From: an uncultured delta proteobacterium
GTDB taxonomy: Bacteria > Myxococcota_A > Polyangia > Palsa-1104
Direction of reading: 5' to 3'
NCBI GenBank assembly: GCA_963785725.1
Contig: CAWAWS010000026.1
Location: 160,001 to 224,000 of the forward strand
DNA: 64,000 nt
Part shown: positions 9,801-22,716 of the stretch, piece after piece
Layout: the number at the start of each line of letters is the position of its first letter
Position numbering within the stretch: the first letter of the stretch is position 1
Made by a program: the position numbers and the translations under genes
The notes under the pieces: generated by a model
The model's database searches: none
What the model saw: only the letters and a program-made list of their open reading frames with translations
Told to the model about the DNA's origin: nothing

Positions 9801-11921
9801 TCGGTGACACCGTCGCCGTCGAGCTGCTGGCCGAGCTGACCCGCCTGCGCGAGCAGGCCGCCGTCAGCTTGCGCCGCGATCTCGCCTTTCGCGCCGATGT
9901 CTTGGCCGCGCGCGCCCACATCCGCGCCGGCAACGGCGCCGCCGCCTACGACTGCCTCATCCGTGCCCGCTCGACCTGGGAGGAGATTCGCATGCGCACG
10001 CCCGAGCTCCGTCGCGAAGCCGCCGACGAAGATCCCGACGCCCGCCGGCTGCGCGAGCTGCTTGCCGCCGCCGCCGATTCGTCGCGCAGCCGGCCCGCGC
10101 CGCCCGCGTCACCGCCACCCGCGCTCGCGGCGACGGCGAGCTCGCCGGCGTTGCCGCTCGTGTCAGCGGCGTCGCTCGTGTCGTCCACGTCCGCGCCATT
10201 CGGTGTGTTAACGCCGACATTACCCATATCGGCGCCGTTCGCGCTCCAGTCATCGCCCTTCGGCGCGCTCGCGCCGTCGCTGTCATCGTCGGCGTCGCTG
10301 CCGCTTTCGCCGTCCGCCGCAGCGTCGTCGCCGTCGCCGCCGGATGCCGCCGCGCTGCGCCGTCTCCTCGGCATCAACAAGCGGCTCAACTCCGAGCAGC
10401 GCTTGCCGGTCCTGCTCGATCTCATCCTCGACACCGTCCTCGACCTCGCCTCGGCGGAGCGCGGCTTCATCCTGCTCACCGACGGCGCCGGCCAGTGGCA
10501 AGTCGAAGCCGCGCGCAACATCGCCGAGGAGCAGCTCGCCGCCGACGGCCCCGGCGGCGCCTTCTCGCGCAGCATCGCCGAGCGGGCCGCGCGCGAAGCC
10601 GTCCCCATCGTCACGCTCGACGCCAGCGGCGATCACCGCTTCGAAGCCGCGCTCTCCGTCTCCGACCTCAAGCTGCGCTCGGTCCTCGCCGTCCCGCTCA
10701 TCGTCAAAGGCACCGTCGTCGGCTGCGTCTACGCCGACCATCGTCTGCGCGCCGGCGCCTTCGGCTACAGCGAGGTCGCGCTCGTCTGCGATCTCGCCGA
10801 GCAGGCCGCCATCGCCGTCGAGAACGCGCGCCTGCACGCCGAAAACGAGCGCCGCCGTAAAGCCATCGACGAGCTCAACCGCGAGCTCGAGCACAAGGTC
10901 GCGTCGCAAGCGCTCGAGCTCGGCGAGCTGCACAAAGAGGTGCGCACGAGCCGCGCCGCGCTCTCGTCACGCTACAACTACGACAACTTGGTTGGCAGGA
11001 CGCCGCGCATGCTCGAGCTCTTTCGGCTGCTCGACCGCGTCACCGAGACGTCGCTGCCGGTCGTCATCTACGGCGAATCCGGCACCGGCAAGGAGCTCGT
11101 CGCCCGCGCCATCCATCACAACGGCCCGCGCCGCGCCCGCGCCTTCGTCACCGAATCGTGCGCCGCCATCCCCGAGACGCTGCTCGAGGCCGCGCTCTTC
11201 GGCCACGTGCGCGGCGCCTTCACCGGCGCCGACGCCGATCGCCGCGGCCTCTTCGAGATCGCCGACCAGGGCACGCTCTTCCTCGACGAAGTGGGCGAGA
11301 TGTCGCCGGCGATGCAGTCGAAGCTCTTGCGCGTGCTGCAACAGGGCGAGTTCCGTCGCGTCGGCGGCGAGAAGACGCACAAAGTCGACGTCCGCCTGCT
11401 CGTCGCCTCCAACCGCGACCTCGGCCGCCTCGTCGAGCAGGGCAAGTTTCGCGAGGATTCGTTCTACCGCCTCAATGTCGTGCGCGTCGGCCTGCCGCCG
11501 CTGCGCGAGCGGCGCGACGACATCCCGCTCCTCGTCGAGCACTTCCTGAAGAAATTCGCCGACGAGAACAAGCGCCCGCCGCGCCGCATCGCCCGCGCCG
11601 CCTTGCACAAGCTCATCGGCTACCGCTGGCCCGGCAACGTGCGCGAGCTCGAGAACGAGGTCGTCCGCGCCGCGTCGCTCGGTGGCGAGACCATCGCCGT
11701 CGACGATTTGTCGCCGCCGGTGGCCGCCGGCGAGCCGGAAGCGGCCGTCGACTCGCCCGACGATCCTCGGCATCAAGCCGCGCGTCGAACGCTTGGAGCG
11801 CACGCTGCTTCGCGAAGCCTTGCAGCGCGCCGACGGCAACCAGACCCAAGCCGCCAAGCTGCTCGGCCTGTCGCGCTTCGGTCTGCAGAAGAAGCTGCGC
11901 CGCTATGGTCTCGAGGCCTGA
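6810..11921 (+). CDS. Ser/Thr kinase - P-loop - TPR-like - GAF - sigma54 AAA+ - Fis HTH fusion (bEBP), split by several frameshifts
   Basis: Kinase motifs VALKVL, HHDVKPAN, DLG, GTPAYLAPE continue in another frame (DLYALG, GRERE, GAPGSGRS). ORF 7904-11941 holds TPR-like repeats, GAF, GESGTGKE, GAFTGA, LFLDEVGEM and WPGNVRELEN. The HTH (GNQTQAAKLLGLSRFGLQKKLRRYG) is in the frame ending at 11921. Breaks near 7350, 7445, 7520, 7810-7840 and 11766. Confidence 0.8.
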
Positions 11922-12010
11922 CCGCGCACTCGGTTGCGTGACTTGCCAACTAAGTTGCCAATGCCGCCGATGCGACGCACGTCGTTCGCGGAGTTGCGCG
12001 CGCCGTCGTC

Positions 12011-12026
12011 TGGCGTAACACTTGCT
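12011..12026 (+). promoter_or_regulatory. Sigma54 -24/-12 promoter
   Basis: TGGCGTA-ACAC-TTGCT with exact consensus spacing, just upstream of the lipoprotein gene and downstream of a bEBP gene. Confidence 0.65.
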
Positions 12027-12054
12027 CTCGTCTAACTTGCACATGCGCGCGCGA

Positions 12055-12447
12055 ATGACGTCTCGGCTGCGAATCGGCTTCATGGCAACGCTGTTGGCGC
12101 TTGCCGGCGGCCTGGCGTGCAACACGCCGTCGGTGCCGCTGCCGCCGCCCTCGCTCGACGTCATCACCTTCCAGCCGGCGACCGCCAGCGACACCGTCGT
12201 CCTGCAAGGTCTGCCCAAAGCGGCGCACGCCAACGCGCGCTTCTACGTCTTCAACCTGACCCGCAACGAAGGCGTCATCAGCGACGCCGCTGCCGACGGC
12301 AGCTTCACCACCGATCCGTTCCCGGGCGCCAACGGCGACACGGTCGAGATCTACTACGACGCACCCGGTAGCGGCGAGCGCTCGCCCAACGTCTGCGTCA
12401 CCCTGCAGATCGGCGCCGTGCTCATAGGCAGCGACTGCCTGCTCTGA
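12055..12447 (+). CDS. Small hypothetical lipoprotein
   Basis: Signal peptide with lipobox GLAC, then NTPSVPLPPP and a beta-rich domain. The start could be 12043. Confidence 0.7.
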   Translation: MTSRLRIGFMATLLALAGGLACNTPSVPLPPPSLDVITFQPATASDTVVLQGLPKAAHANARFYVFNLTRNEGVISDAAADGSFTTDPFPGANGDTVEIYYDAPGSGERSPNVCVTLQIGAVLIGSDCLL

Positions 12448-12548
12448 TTCCGCTGAGTCACTTCGATAACAATTTCGCTATACGCATCAAGTGTCCGCAG
12501 TAATTGCAATTTCTTCTCGACCGTGTGCGTAACACACACTAGCGCACG

Positions 12549-12577
12549 TTGCTTTGCCCACCTTCCGCTCCTACGGT
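12549..12577 (+). promoter_or_regulatory. Sigma70-type promoter, probably leaderless transcript
   Basis: TTGCTT-17 nt-TACGGT, with ATG 12585 seven nt after the -10. Confidence 0.45.
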
Positions 12578-12584
12578 AGAACCG

Positions 12585-13025
12585 ATGGACACCAGCGGCG
12601 CGTTGGGGTCGAAGACGCGTTCGGGCGCGCATCTGGCGGTTCCTCTCCTGCTCGTCGTCGAAGATACCGAAGAGCTGTATGAGCTCTACTCCGACTTCTT
12701 GGCCGGCGTCGGCTACGCAGTCGAGGGCACGAACAACGGCGTCGAAGCGGTCGAGGAAGCGCGCCAGCTCTTGCCCGATCTGATCCTCATGGATCTGGCG
12801 TTGCCGCGCATGAACGGCTGGGATGCGATCGCGCTCCTCAAATCGCAAGAAGCGACGCGCCACATCCCGATCATCGCGCTCACCGGCCACGTGCAGCCGC
12901 GGTTCGCGCAGCTGGCGCGCAGCGCCGGCGCCGACGTCGTGCTCCTGAAACCGTGCGAGCTGACGCAGCTGCTGGGTGAGATCGAGCGGTTGTTGGGACA
13001 CGCCGCGCCGACGCATCATGCCTAG
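12585..13025 (+). CDS. Single-domain response regulator (DivK/CheY-like)
   Basis: LLVVED, PDLILMDLALPRMNG, IPIIALTG, KP motifs. Confidence 0.88.
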   Translation: MDTSGALGSKTRSGAHLAVPLLLVVEDTEELYELYSDFLAGVGYAVEGTNNGVEAVEEARQLLPDLILMDLALPRMNGWDAIALLKSQEATRHIPIIALTGHVQPRFAQLARSAGADVVLLKPCELTQLLGEIERLLGHAAPTHHA

Positions 13026-13077
13026 ATGCGCGGCGGACGTGTAGATCTGCGAAGGAAGGAAGCGAGAAGGGGACGAG

Positions 13078-13935
13078 CTAGCGCGTTTGGCGAGCGTGCG
13101 GCGGCAGCATGAACGTGAGGCCGACGCCGAAGAACAAGTTGTTCTGCGGACCTTCGTCGGCCTTCGTCAGCAAACGATCGCCGTTGACGTCGAGACCACC
13201 CGGGTTCGCGCCGACGACGTAATCGCGCAGCTCGAACTGCAGGCCCAGCCACTCGTTGAAGTAGACGTGCGCGCCGACGCCGAACTGACCGCCGATCTTG
13301 AGACCGGCGAACAACGCGCCGCTCTGCTCGTTCGGATCCGTCGGCAGGCCGGGCGTCTTGCCGTTGGCGCCCGGCGCCGTCTGGCAGCAGCCCTTCTGCA
13401 CGTAGTTGACGAAGCCGACGCCGCCGTTGACGTACAGATCGTAGTTCACGAACAGCGCCGAGAAGAACGCGATCTTGCCGTAGAACGGCGTGATCTGCGC
13501 GTATCCCGAGAAGATGGCGTTGATGCCCATCACGTGCTCGTCGTGAATGCTACGCGTCGGCTGCGGACCGTGATCCGAAGCCATCGGCATGTTGTAGTTG
13601 TAGTTACCCGGGTCGAGCTGCGCCCGCACCTTGTCTTCCAGCGCGGTGTCGGCGTTGAGCAAGTAAGCGCCCTGCACGCCGACCGCGAGCCAGTCGGTCA
13701 GGTGGAACTGAATGTTGATGCCGGGGCCGAAGGCGTGCTTGTAGTCCTGGTTGATCGACGTCACGAACTGCGGCGTCACTTCCAGACGAAGCTTACGCAT
13801 CAGGACGCGGCGCCGAACGGCCGGCTGGCCTTCCAGCGGATTGCGTCGATCGGCGCGCGCCACGGACGGCGCCACCATCGGCAGCGCCAACAGGGCCATG
13901 AGGGGAAGAAGTCGCGTCCGCATCATTCTCCTCAT
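13078..13935 (-). CDS. Outer-membrane beta-barrel protein of the myxobacterial GltA/GltB-like family
   Basis: Signal peptide ending ARA; amphipathic beta strands; C-terminal NNLFFGVGLTFMLP; ATG overlaps the upstream paralog's stop (TAATG). Confidence 0.7.
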   Translation of the reverse strand: MRRMMRTRLLPLMALLALPMVAPSVARADRRNPLEGQPAVRRRVLMRKLRLEVTPQFVTSINQDYKHAFGPGINIQFHLTDWLAVGVQGAYLLNADTALEDKVRAQLDPGNYNYNMPMASDHGPQPTRSIHDEHVMGINAIFSGYAQITPFYGKIAFFSALFVNYDLYVNGGVGFVNYVQKGCCQTAPGANGKTPGLPTDPNEQSGALFAGLKIGGQFGVGAHVYFNEWLGLQFELRDYVVGANPGGLDVNGDRLLTKADEGPQNNLFFGVGLTFMLPPHARQTR

Positions 13936-14843
13936 TAGCGCGTGTACTTGTACTCGAAGCCGGTGGGCAGGAACATGCCCACGCCGACTCCGAAGACGAG
14001 GTTTTGGACGAAGGAGCCGACTCCGCCCGGCGGCGGTCCGGTGACCGACGTACGATCGGCCGGCTCGAACTTGTCGACGAACATGTAGTCCTTCAAGTAG
14101 GCGTGGATCGCCAGCCACTTGGTGAGGAACAGGCGCATGCCGATGTCGACGTGCCACTGGATGTCGTAGTTCGTCGCCGTCGTAGCGGCCGGATCGCGCG
14201 CGATCCACTGGGTCTGGATGAGGCCGAGACCGGCCTGCACGTAGCCTTCCCAGTTGACGATCCACTTATCGAACAGCGCGAACTTACCGTAGAAGGGCAC
14301 GTACCCGAAGTTCAGGTCGGCGCTCCACCAGTAGCGGTTCACCGACGGCAGAATGCGATCATCGAGACCACGCAGGAAGTAATCCTGCTGCTGCTGGTCC
14401 TGATAATAGGTGCCTTCGATGCCGATGTTCAGCGTCTCGGACAAGAAGAAGTTCAAGATGCCGCCGAACCCGTGATGGCGATACAGCGGGTTATTGATCG
14501 TCACGTCATACGTGGGGATGAACTCGACGCGGTGGTACTTCAAAATCGTGCGTCGAGGCACCGTGACGATGTCTCGCCAGGAGATCGATCCCAGCTTGCC
14601 CGCCTCGCCCTGTTCGGCGGCTGGCGCGCCTCCAGGCGGATTGGGTTCCGATCCCGGTAGCGAAGGTTCGCTACCTGGCGGACTGGGCTCGCTTCCCGGC
14701 GGCGCTGGCTCGCTGCCGGGCGGAGAGGGTTCGTTGCCTCCGGGGGGCGTTGGCTCTTGCGCATTTCCGGTGCGGTCCATTCCGCACAGGGCTACTGCCG
14801 CGCAGAGGGCGAAAACGCTCACCCGGCAATCGAATCTTCGCAT
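13935..14843 (-). CDS. Outer-membrane beta-barrel protein (GltA/GltB-like) with Pro-rich N-terminal repeats
   Basis: GAGGTG RBS; signal peptide; IVTVPRRTILKYHRVEFIP ... VPFYGKFALF ... NLVFGVGVGMFLP; clearly paralogous to the downstream gene. Confidence 0.7.
   Translation of the reverse strand: MRRFDCRVSVFALCAAVALCGMDRTGNAQEPTPPGGNEPSPPGSEPAPPGSEPSPPGSEPSLPGSEPNPPGGAPAAEQGEAGKLGSISWRDIVTVPRRTILKYHRVEFIPTYDVTINNPLYRHHGFGGILNFFLSETLNIGIEGTYYQDQQQQDYFLRGLDDRILPSVNRYWWSADLNFGYVPFYGKFALFDKWIVNWEGYVQAGLGLIQTQWIARDPAATTATNYDIQWHVDIGMRLFLTKWLAIHAYLKDYMFVDKFEPADRTSVTGPPPGGVGSFVQNLVFGVGVGMFLPTGFEYKYTR
14630..14752 (-). repeat. Coding tandem repeat (PPGSEPx, about 5 units)
   Basis: PPGGNEPSPPGSEPAPPGSEPSPPGSEPSLPGSEPNPPGG; synonymous sites differ between units. 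Confidence 0.7.
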
Positions 14844-14977
14844 GCTCACCTCGCGTGACACCGGCATTCGATAGCCAAATTTCACTGCAATATCAAGCGC
14901 TTACACCAATTTTGCAAGCGTTTTCGCGACTATATCATGTGGTTTTTTGCACAATCAAGTAATTCCGCTTCGGCATG

Positions 14978-16084
14978 TCATTCGTAGAGCGCAGCGACGA
15001 ATTCCGCGGGGTCGAACGGACGTAGGTCTTCCACCTTTTCGCCGATGCCGACGAAGCGGACCGGAACGCCCAATTCATCGCTAATGCCGAGAATCACACC
15101 ACCTTTGGCGGTTCCGTCGAGCTTGGTGAGGACGATGCCGGTGATGTCCATCGCCTGCTTGAAGGTCGTCGCCTGGGCGATGGCGTTTTGTCCGTTGGTC
15201 GAGTCGAGCACCAAAAACGTCTCGTGCGGCGCGTCCGGCTGCGCTTTTTTCATCACGCGACGGACCTTCTCGAGCTCGGCCATCAGATTGTCTTTTGTGT
15301 GTAGCCGCCCCGCGGTGTCACAAATAACGACATCGAAACCTTCGTTTTGTGCGCGTTTTACCGCGTCGAACAGCACCGCCGAGGGATCTCCGCCTTCTTT
15401 ACCTTTGACCACCGGGACGCCGGTGCGCTGACCCCAGATCTCCAATTGCTCGGTCGCCGCGGCGCGAAACGTGTCGCCGGCGGCGAGGATCACCTTCTTG
15501 CCTTCGGCGGTCCATTTGGCGGCCAACTTGCCGATAGTCGTCGTCTTTCCGACGCCGTTGACGCCGATGACGAGGAGCACGAAGGGCTTGGCGCGGGCGA
15601 GATCCAACGGTCCGCCCTTGGCTTGCGCGCGATCGAGGATCGCCTCCGATTCCCGACGGATGACGGCCCAAACCGCGTCGGCGTCTTTCAGCTCGTTACG
15701 CGAAAGCGACGATTTCACCGCTTCGAACAGCTTGTGCGACGTGCGCGCGCCGATGTCGGCGGTAAACAAGATCTCTTCCAGCTGATCGACGAGCGCGCTG
15801 TCGATCTGCTTGCGACCGATGAGGCTGCCGATGCGCGCGACGAACCCTCCGCGCGTCTTTTCGAGCCCTTCCTTGAGCGCTTTGCCGCTCGGTTGCGGCT
15901 TCGTTTCGGCTTTGGCCGCCTCTGCTTGCGCGGGAACGAGCTTGAGATCGGGACGCTCGGCCAGCGGCTGCTGGTCGGCGGGCGATTGGACGGCGCCGCG
16001 CCGCTTCGACAGTCGCCAAATGATGAGGAGCGCGACGGTAAAGACGACGGCGAGTGCGACGTAGAGGATCCACGTCTGTTGCAT
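14978..16084 (-). CDS. ftsY: SRP receptor FtsY with N-terminal membrane anchor
   Basis: [49 protein letters not shown]. Confidence 0.97.
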   Translation of the reverse strand: MQQTWILYVALAVVFTVALLIIWRLSKRRGAVQSPADQQPLAERPDLKLVPAQAEAAKAETKPQPSGKALKEGLEKTRGGFVARIGSLIGRKQIDSALVDQLEEILFTADIGARTSHKLFEAVKSSLSRNELKDADAVWAVIRRESEAILDRAQAKGGPLDLARAKPFVLLVIGVNGVGKTTTIGKLAAKWTAEGKKVILAAGDTFRAAATEQLEIWGQRTGVPVVKGKEGGDPSAVLFDAVKRAQNEGFDVVICDTAGRLHTKDNLMAELEKVRRVMKKAQPDAPHETFLVLDSTNGQNAIAQATTFKQAMDITGIVLTKLDGTAKGGVILGISDELGVPVRFVGIGEKVEDLRPFDPAEFVAALYE

Positions 16085-16111
16085 GGGCGGCGGATAATAG
16101 AGCGAACGTCG

Positions 16112-17800
16112 TCAGCTGTCAGCAAGGAGCTTTGCCAGTCGCTCCGCTTCGGCCAGATCTTCGTGCGACGGCGCGTGCGCGGCCCACACCGCCGACTCGA
16201 CGAGCGCAGTGAGCGCGTGCAGCGGCTCGTTGGGCAGGAGCGCGCGCGCATCGACGTAACGGAGCAGCTCGCGTGGCGTCATGTACGTGTCGTTGGGGCG
16301 CTTCTTCTCCGGCTGCAGCGGTCCGGCGGCGCGGCGCCAGGCGTCGAAGATGCGGACGCGGACGGGCACGAGGCGAATGCGCGCGCCGCGCAGCTCGCCG
16401 CGATGGGGTAGGACGCGGCGGAAGCGCTCGGAGACGTAGCCGGCGGCGGCGATGTCGACGACGAACGGTCCAGGCGGCAGCCCCTCGAGCGCGAAGAAGC
16501 CGTTTTCGTCGACGGTGGCGGCGCGCGCTTCGCCGCTGGCGCTGCGGGCGACGACGCCGGCGATGGCGAGCGGGCGATCGTCGACGGCGTCGACGACGAC
16601 GCCGGTCAGGCCGTGATCGGCGCGGCCGCGCAAGGTCGACAGGATGCTCGGACGGCTCTCGGTCAAGCCGACCGCCGGCGGCGGCGCGGCGGCGCGCTTG
16701 ACGGCGTGACGACGGATGCGCCAGCGCTGCCAGCGCCAATCGCGGCCGGCCAAGAACAGCGCCGCCGCCAACAGCGTCAACAGCGGCGAGACGAGATAGG
16801 GCCACACCGTAATCGGCGGCGCTTCGATGAGCTTCACGGCCAGCGTCGGCGACAGCGCCGGCTCGCGCCAATCGTCGCGGGCATGCAGGCGCGCCTCCAA
16901 GAAGACGTCGCCGGGACGACCGAGCTCGCGGCCGTGCAGCGTCAGCGCGAAGTGGCCGTGCTCGTCGGTGATGACGTTGGCGAGGTCGGGGCCGCCCTCT
17001 TTGCCGATGGCGATGGCGGCGTGGGCGATGTGGCCGCCGTCGTCGGTGGCGAGGCCGTGCAGCCGCAGCGGCTCGTCGGGCGCGACCTGCGCGCGATCGG
17101 ATTCCAAGGTCACGCGGCTCGTCGTCGTCAACAGGATCGTGTGCGTCGCTTCGGCGGCGTTGCGCAGCTCGTCGGCGGCGACCGTGGCGACCAGCGAGAC
17201 GCGCTGGCCCGGCCGACCGAACGGACCGGGCAGGTCGATCTCGGCGCGGCCGTTGTTGAAGTGCGCGTCGCCGTAGGGTTTGCCATCGACGGAGAAGCGC
17301 GCGCTGACGTCTTGCAGCGCGTGCGGCGGGCCGTCGCCCTCGTCCTCGAGCCCTTCGACGACGACGTGCAGCGACTCGGCCGCCGTCTCCAGCCGCTCGG
17401 GCGCGTGCAAGACCAGCGTCGGCGTACGGCGCGCGACGTCGATGAGCCGGTCGATCGGCGGCGAGGCCAAGTCGTCGTCGTCGCCGCTGGCGGCGATGTG
17501 CAGCCGATAGCTGCCGAGCGGCAACGGCACGTGCCAGCGGAACGCGCCATCGGGACCGGTCGGCTCGGCGTAGTGATAGAAGCCGTGGTCGCCCTCGATC
17601 GAGATGGCGACGGTGCGGCCAGGCACCGGCTCTTCGGAGGCGTCGTCGCGCAGCTGGCCGCGCACGATGAGCCCGCCGGCCACGCGCTCGATGGCGTCGA
17701 TGTCGACTCGCAGCCGGGCGCGCACGTGCAGCACCGGCTCTTCCGCCGCGACCGAACCGGACACGAGCAAGCCCAATAATAGAGGAGCCAGGCGCCTCAC
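16112..17800 (-). CDS. Exported membrane protein with beta-sandwich / carboxypeptidase-regulatory-like domains and a DUF4129-like tail
   Basis: Signal peptide, beta-rich domains, one TM helix, GVVVDAVDDRPLA...VDENGFFALEGLPPG, C-terminal TPRELL...LTALVE. Confidence 0.6.
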   Translation of the reverse strand: MRRLAPLLLGLLVSGSVAAEEPVLHVRARLRVDIDAIERVAGGLIVRGQLRDDASEEPVPGRTVAISIEGDHGFYHYAEPTGPDGAFRWHVPLPLGSYRLHIAASGDDDDLASPPIDRLIDVARRTPTLVLHAPERLETAAESLHVVVEGLEDEGDGPPHALQDVSARFSVDGKPYGDAHFNNGRAEIDLPGPFGRPGQRVSLVATVAADELRNAAEATHTILLTTTSRVTLESDRAQVAPDEPLRLHGLATDDGGHIAHAAIAIGKEGGPDLANVITDEHGHFALTLHGRELGRPGDVFLEARLHARDDWREPALSPTLAVKLIEAPPITVWPYLVSPLLTLLAAALFLAGRDWRWQRWRIRRHAVKRAAAPPPAVGLTESRPSILSTLRGRADHGLTGVVVDAVDDRPLAIAGVVARSASGEARAATVDENGFFALEGLPPGPFVVDIAAAGYVSERFRRVLPHRGELRGARIRLVPVRVRIFDAWRRAAGPLQPEKKRPNDTYMTPRELLRYVDARALLPNEPLHALTALVESAVWAAHAPSHEDLAEAERLAKLLADS

Positions 17801-18014
17801 GCCGCCAGCATAGCCCCATTTTGCAGCTTGCAGATCTCGGGCGACAAAAACTTCAGCGCGGGCGGGATCTACATCTGGCGAGATCTACACGGAAAAGTTG
17901 GTCGAAAAGTTGCGCGGCCGAAGGGCGCCGGATAGCGTCGTTGATCTCAATGTAAAGCTCGTGGTAGCTTGCCTTTTGAAGTGACACTACGTTGCATTAC
18001 ATGAGCGAGGCTGC

Positions 18015-21602
<3,588 letters not shown>

Positions 21603-21628
21603 TCAGCGTCGCCGTAGGCAGATCCACG

Positions 21629-21665
21629 AAGCGCGCGCCGGAACATCGGCGCGCGCTTTGTTTTT
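21629..21665 (+). terminator. Intrinsic terminator of smc
   Basis: Stem GCGCGCGCCG / CGGCGCGCGC followed by TTTGTTTTT. Confidence 0.75.
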
Positions 21666-21697
21666 GCGGCGCACGCGCGCGGACGGCGGCTGGCGCA

Positions 21698-21733
21698 CAA
21701 ACGAAAACGCGCGCTCGGCGAACCGGCGCGCGT
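21698..21733 (-). terminator. Intrinsic terminator of the ferredoxin gene
   Basis: Stem ACGCGCGC / GCGCGCGT followed on the minus strand by TTTCGTTT. Confidence 0.6.
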
Positions 21734-21756
21734 GGGTGAATCAGGTGTGAATGTAG

Positions 21757-22059
21757 CTACTTGCGGAAGCGCGACAGGTTCGCGGGGAGCGCCGCCAGCT
21801 CGGGGAACGTCTGGTCGGGATGCAGCTTCTTGGCGCGACCCAGCAGCGCTTCTTCGGTCTCGACGTTGTTCGGATCGGGAATGCAGCACTCGACGGGGCA
21901 CACGGCTTGGCAAGCTTCGTAATCGTGGAAGCCGACGCACTCGGTGCACAAGTTCGGATCGATGACGTAGATGTCGTCACCCTCGGAAATGGCCTCGTTC
22001 GGGCATTCCGGCTCGCACGCGCCGCAGTTGATGCATTCCTCGGTGATCATCGTGGCCAT
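21757..22059 (-). CDS. 2x[4Fe-4S] ferredoxin (YfhL-like)
   Basis: CINCGACEPECPNEAI and CTECVG...CQAVCPVECC. Confidence 0.93.
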   Translation of the reverse strand: MATMITEECINCGACEPECPNEAISEGDDIYVIDPNLCTECVGFHDYEACQAVCPVECCIPDPNNVETEEALLGRAKKLHPDQTFPELAALPANLSRFRK

Positions 22060-22086
22060 TTTGCGGTTACGTCCTCCCGGCTGCTG

Positions 22087-22115
22087 TCTATAGGATAGGG
22101 CTGCAACGCCGTCAA
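22087..22115 (-). promoter_or_regulatory. Sigma70-type promoter of the ferredoxin gene
   Basis: TTGACG-17 nt-TATAGA on the minus strand, followed by a GGAGG RBS. Confidence 0.45.
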
Positions 22116-22711
22116 GACAAAGCGGAGACGAGATTTTTCGCTATCGCGTACAGGCCTTGCGCCGCTCGTCGATCGCGCGCCCACGGTAGTCGCGCCGGCA
22201 CGTGCACGAACGCAACCGGCGGCCGCCGCGGCAGATTCGCCGCTTGGCCGAGCGCGTGATAGAGCGCGGCGTTGCAGCAGAACGTGCCGGCGTGTGAGGA
22301 GACGTCGCAGGCCACGCCGGCGGCGATCGCGGCGTTGGCGGCGGTACGCGGGTCGAACGGGACGCGGCGGGCCAATTCGCCGCCGTGCGTGAGCTCCTCG
22401 TCGATGGGGCGGTTGCCGGCGTTGTCTTTGATGCGCGCGTGGGCCACGTTGACGGCCAAGCGCTCGACGAGCAGCTTGCGCGCGCTCGACGACTCTCCGA
22501 CCATCAGGAGCAGCAGCGGATCTTTGGCCAGCAGCTTGGCGACCGCGGCCGGCAGCGGCGCGAACGACGTCGGCAGCTGCGCGATCTCGACGACGGCGCC
22601 GCCGATCTCTTCGCCGGTCAATAAGTGGGCGGCGTCGAGCGAGCGGTTGCGCTTCTTGCCGCCGAAGGGCTCGAAGGCGGCGACGATGACGTGGCGTTTG
22701 CGATGGCTCAT
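22112..22711 (-). CDS. pcp: Pyroglutamyl-peptidase I (peptidase C15)
   Basis: FEPFGG...NRS, VERLAVN, DNAG, SSHAGTFCCN, FVHVP (E/C/H triad). Confidence 0.9.
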   Translation of the reverse strand: MSHRKRHVIVAAFEPFGGKKRNRSLDAAHLLTGEEIGGAVVEIAQLPTSFAPLPAAVAKLLAKDPLLLLMVGESSSARKLLVERLAVNVAHARIKDNAGNRPIDEELTHGGELARRVPFDPRTAANAAIAAGVACDVSSHAGTFCCNAALYHALGQAANLPRRPPVAFVHVPARLPWARDRRAAQGLYAIAKNLVSALS

Positions 22712-22716
22712 GTTCG

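Noticed and set aside
14630..14752. Approximately 21-nt periodic repeat as a possible CRISPR or VNTR
   Set aside because: It is in frame, conserved at protein level with synonymous variation, has no unique spacers and no cas genes nearby.
17866..17889. GATCTACA direct repeat upstream of smc
   Set aside because: Only two 8-mers, with no regulator I can assign; too weak to call.
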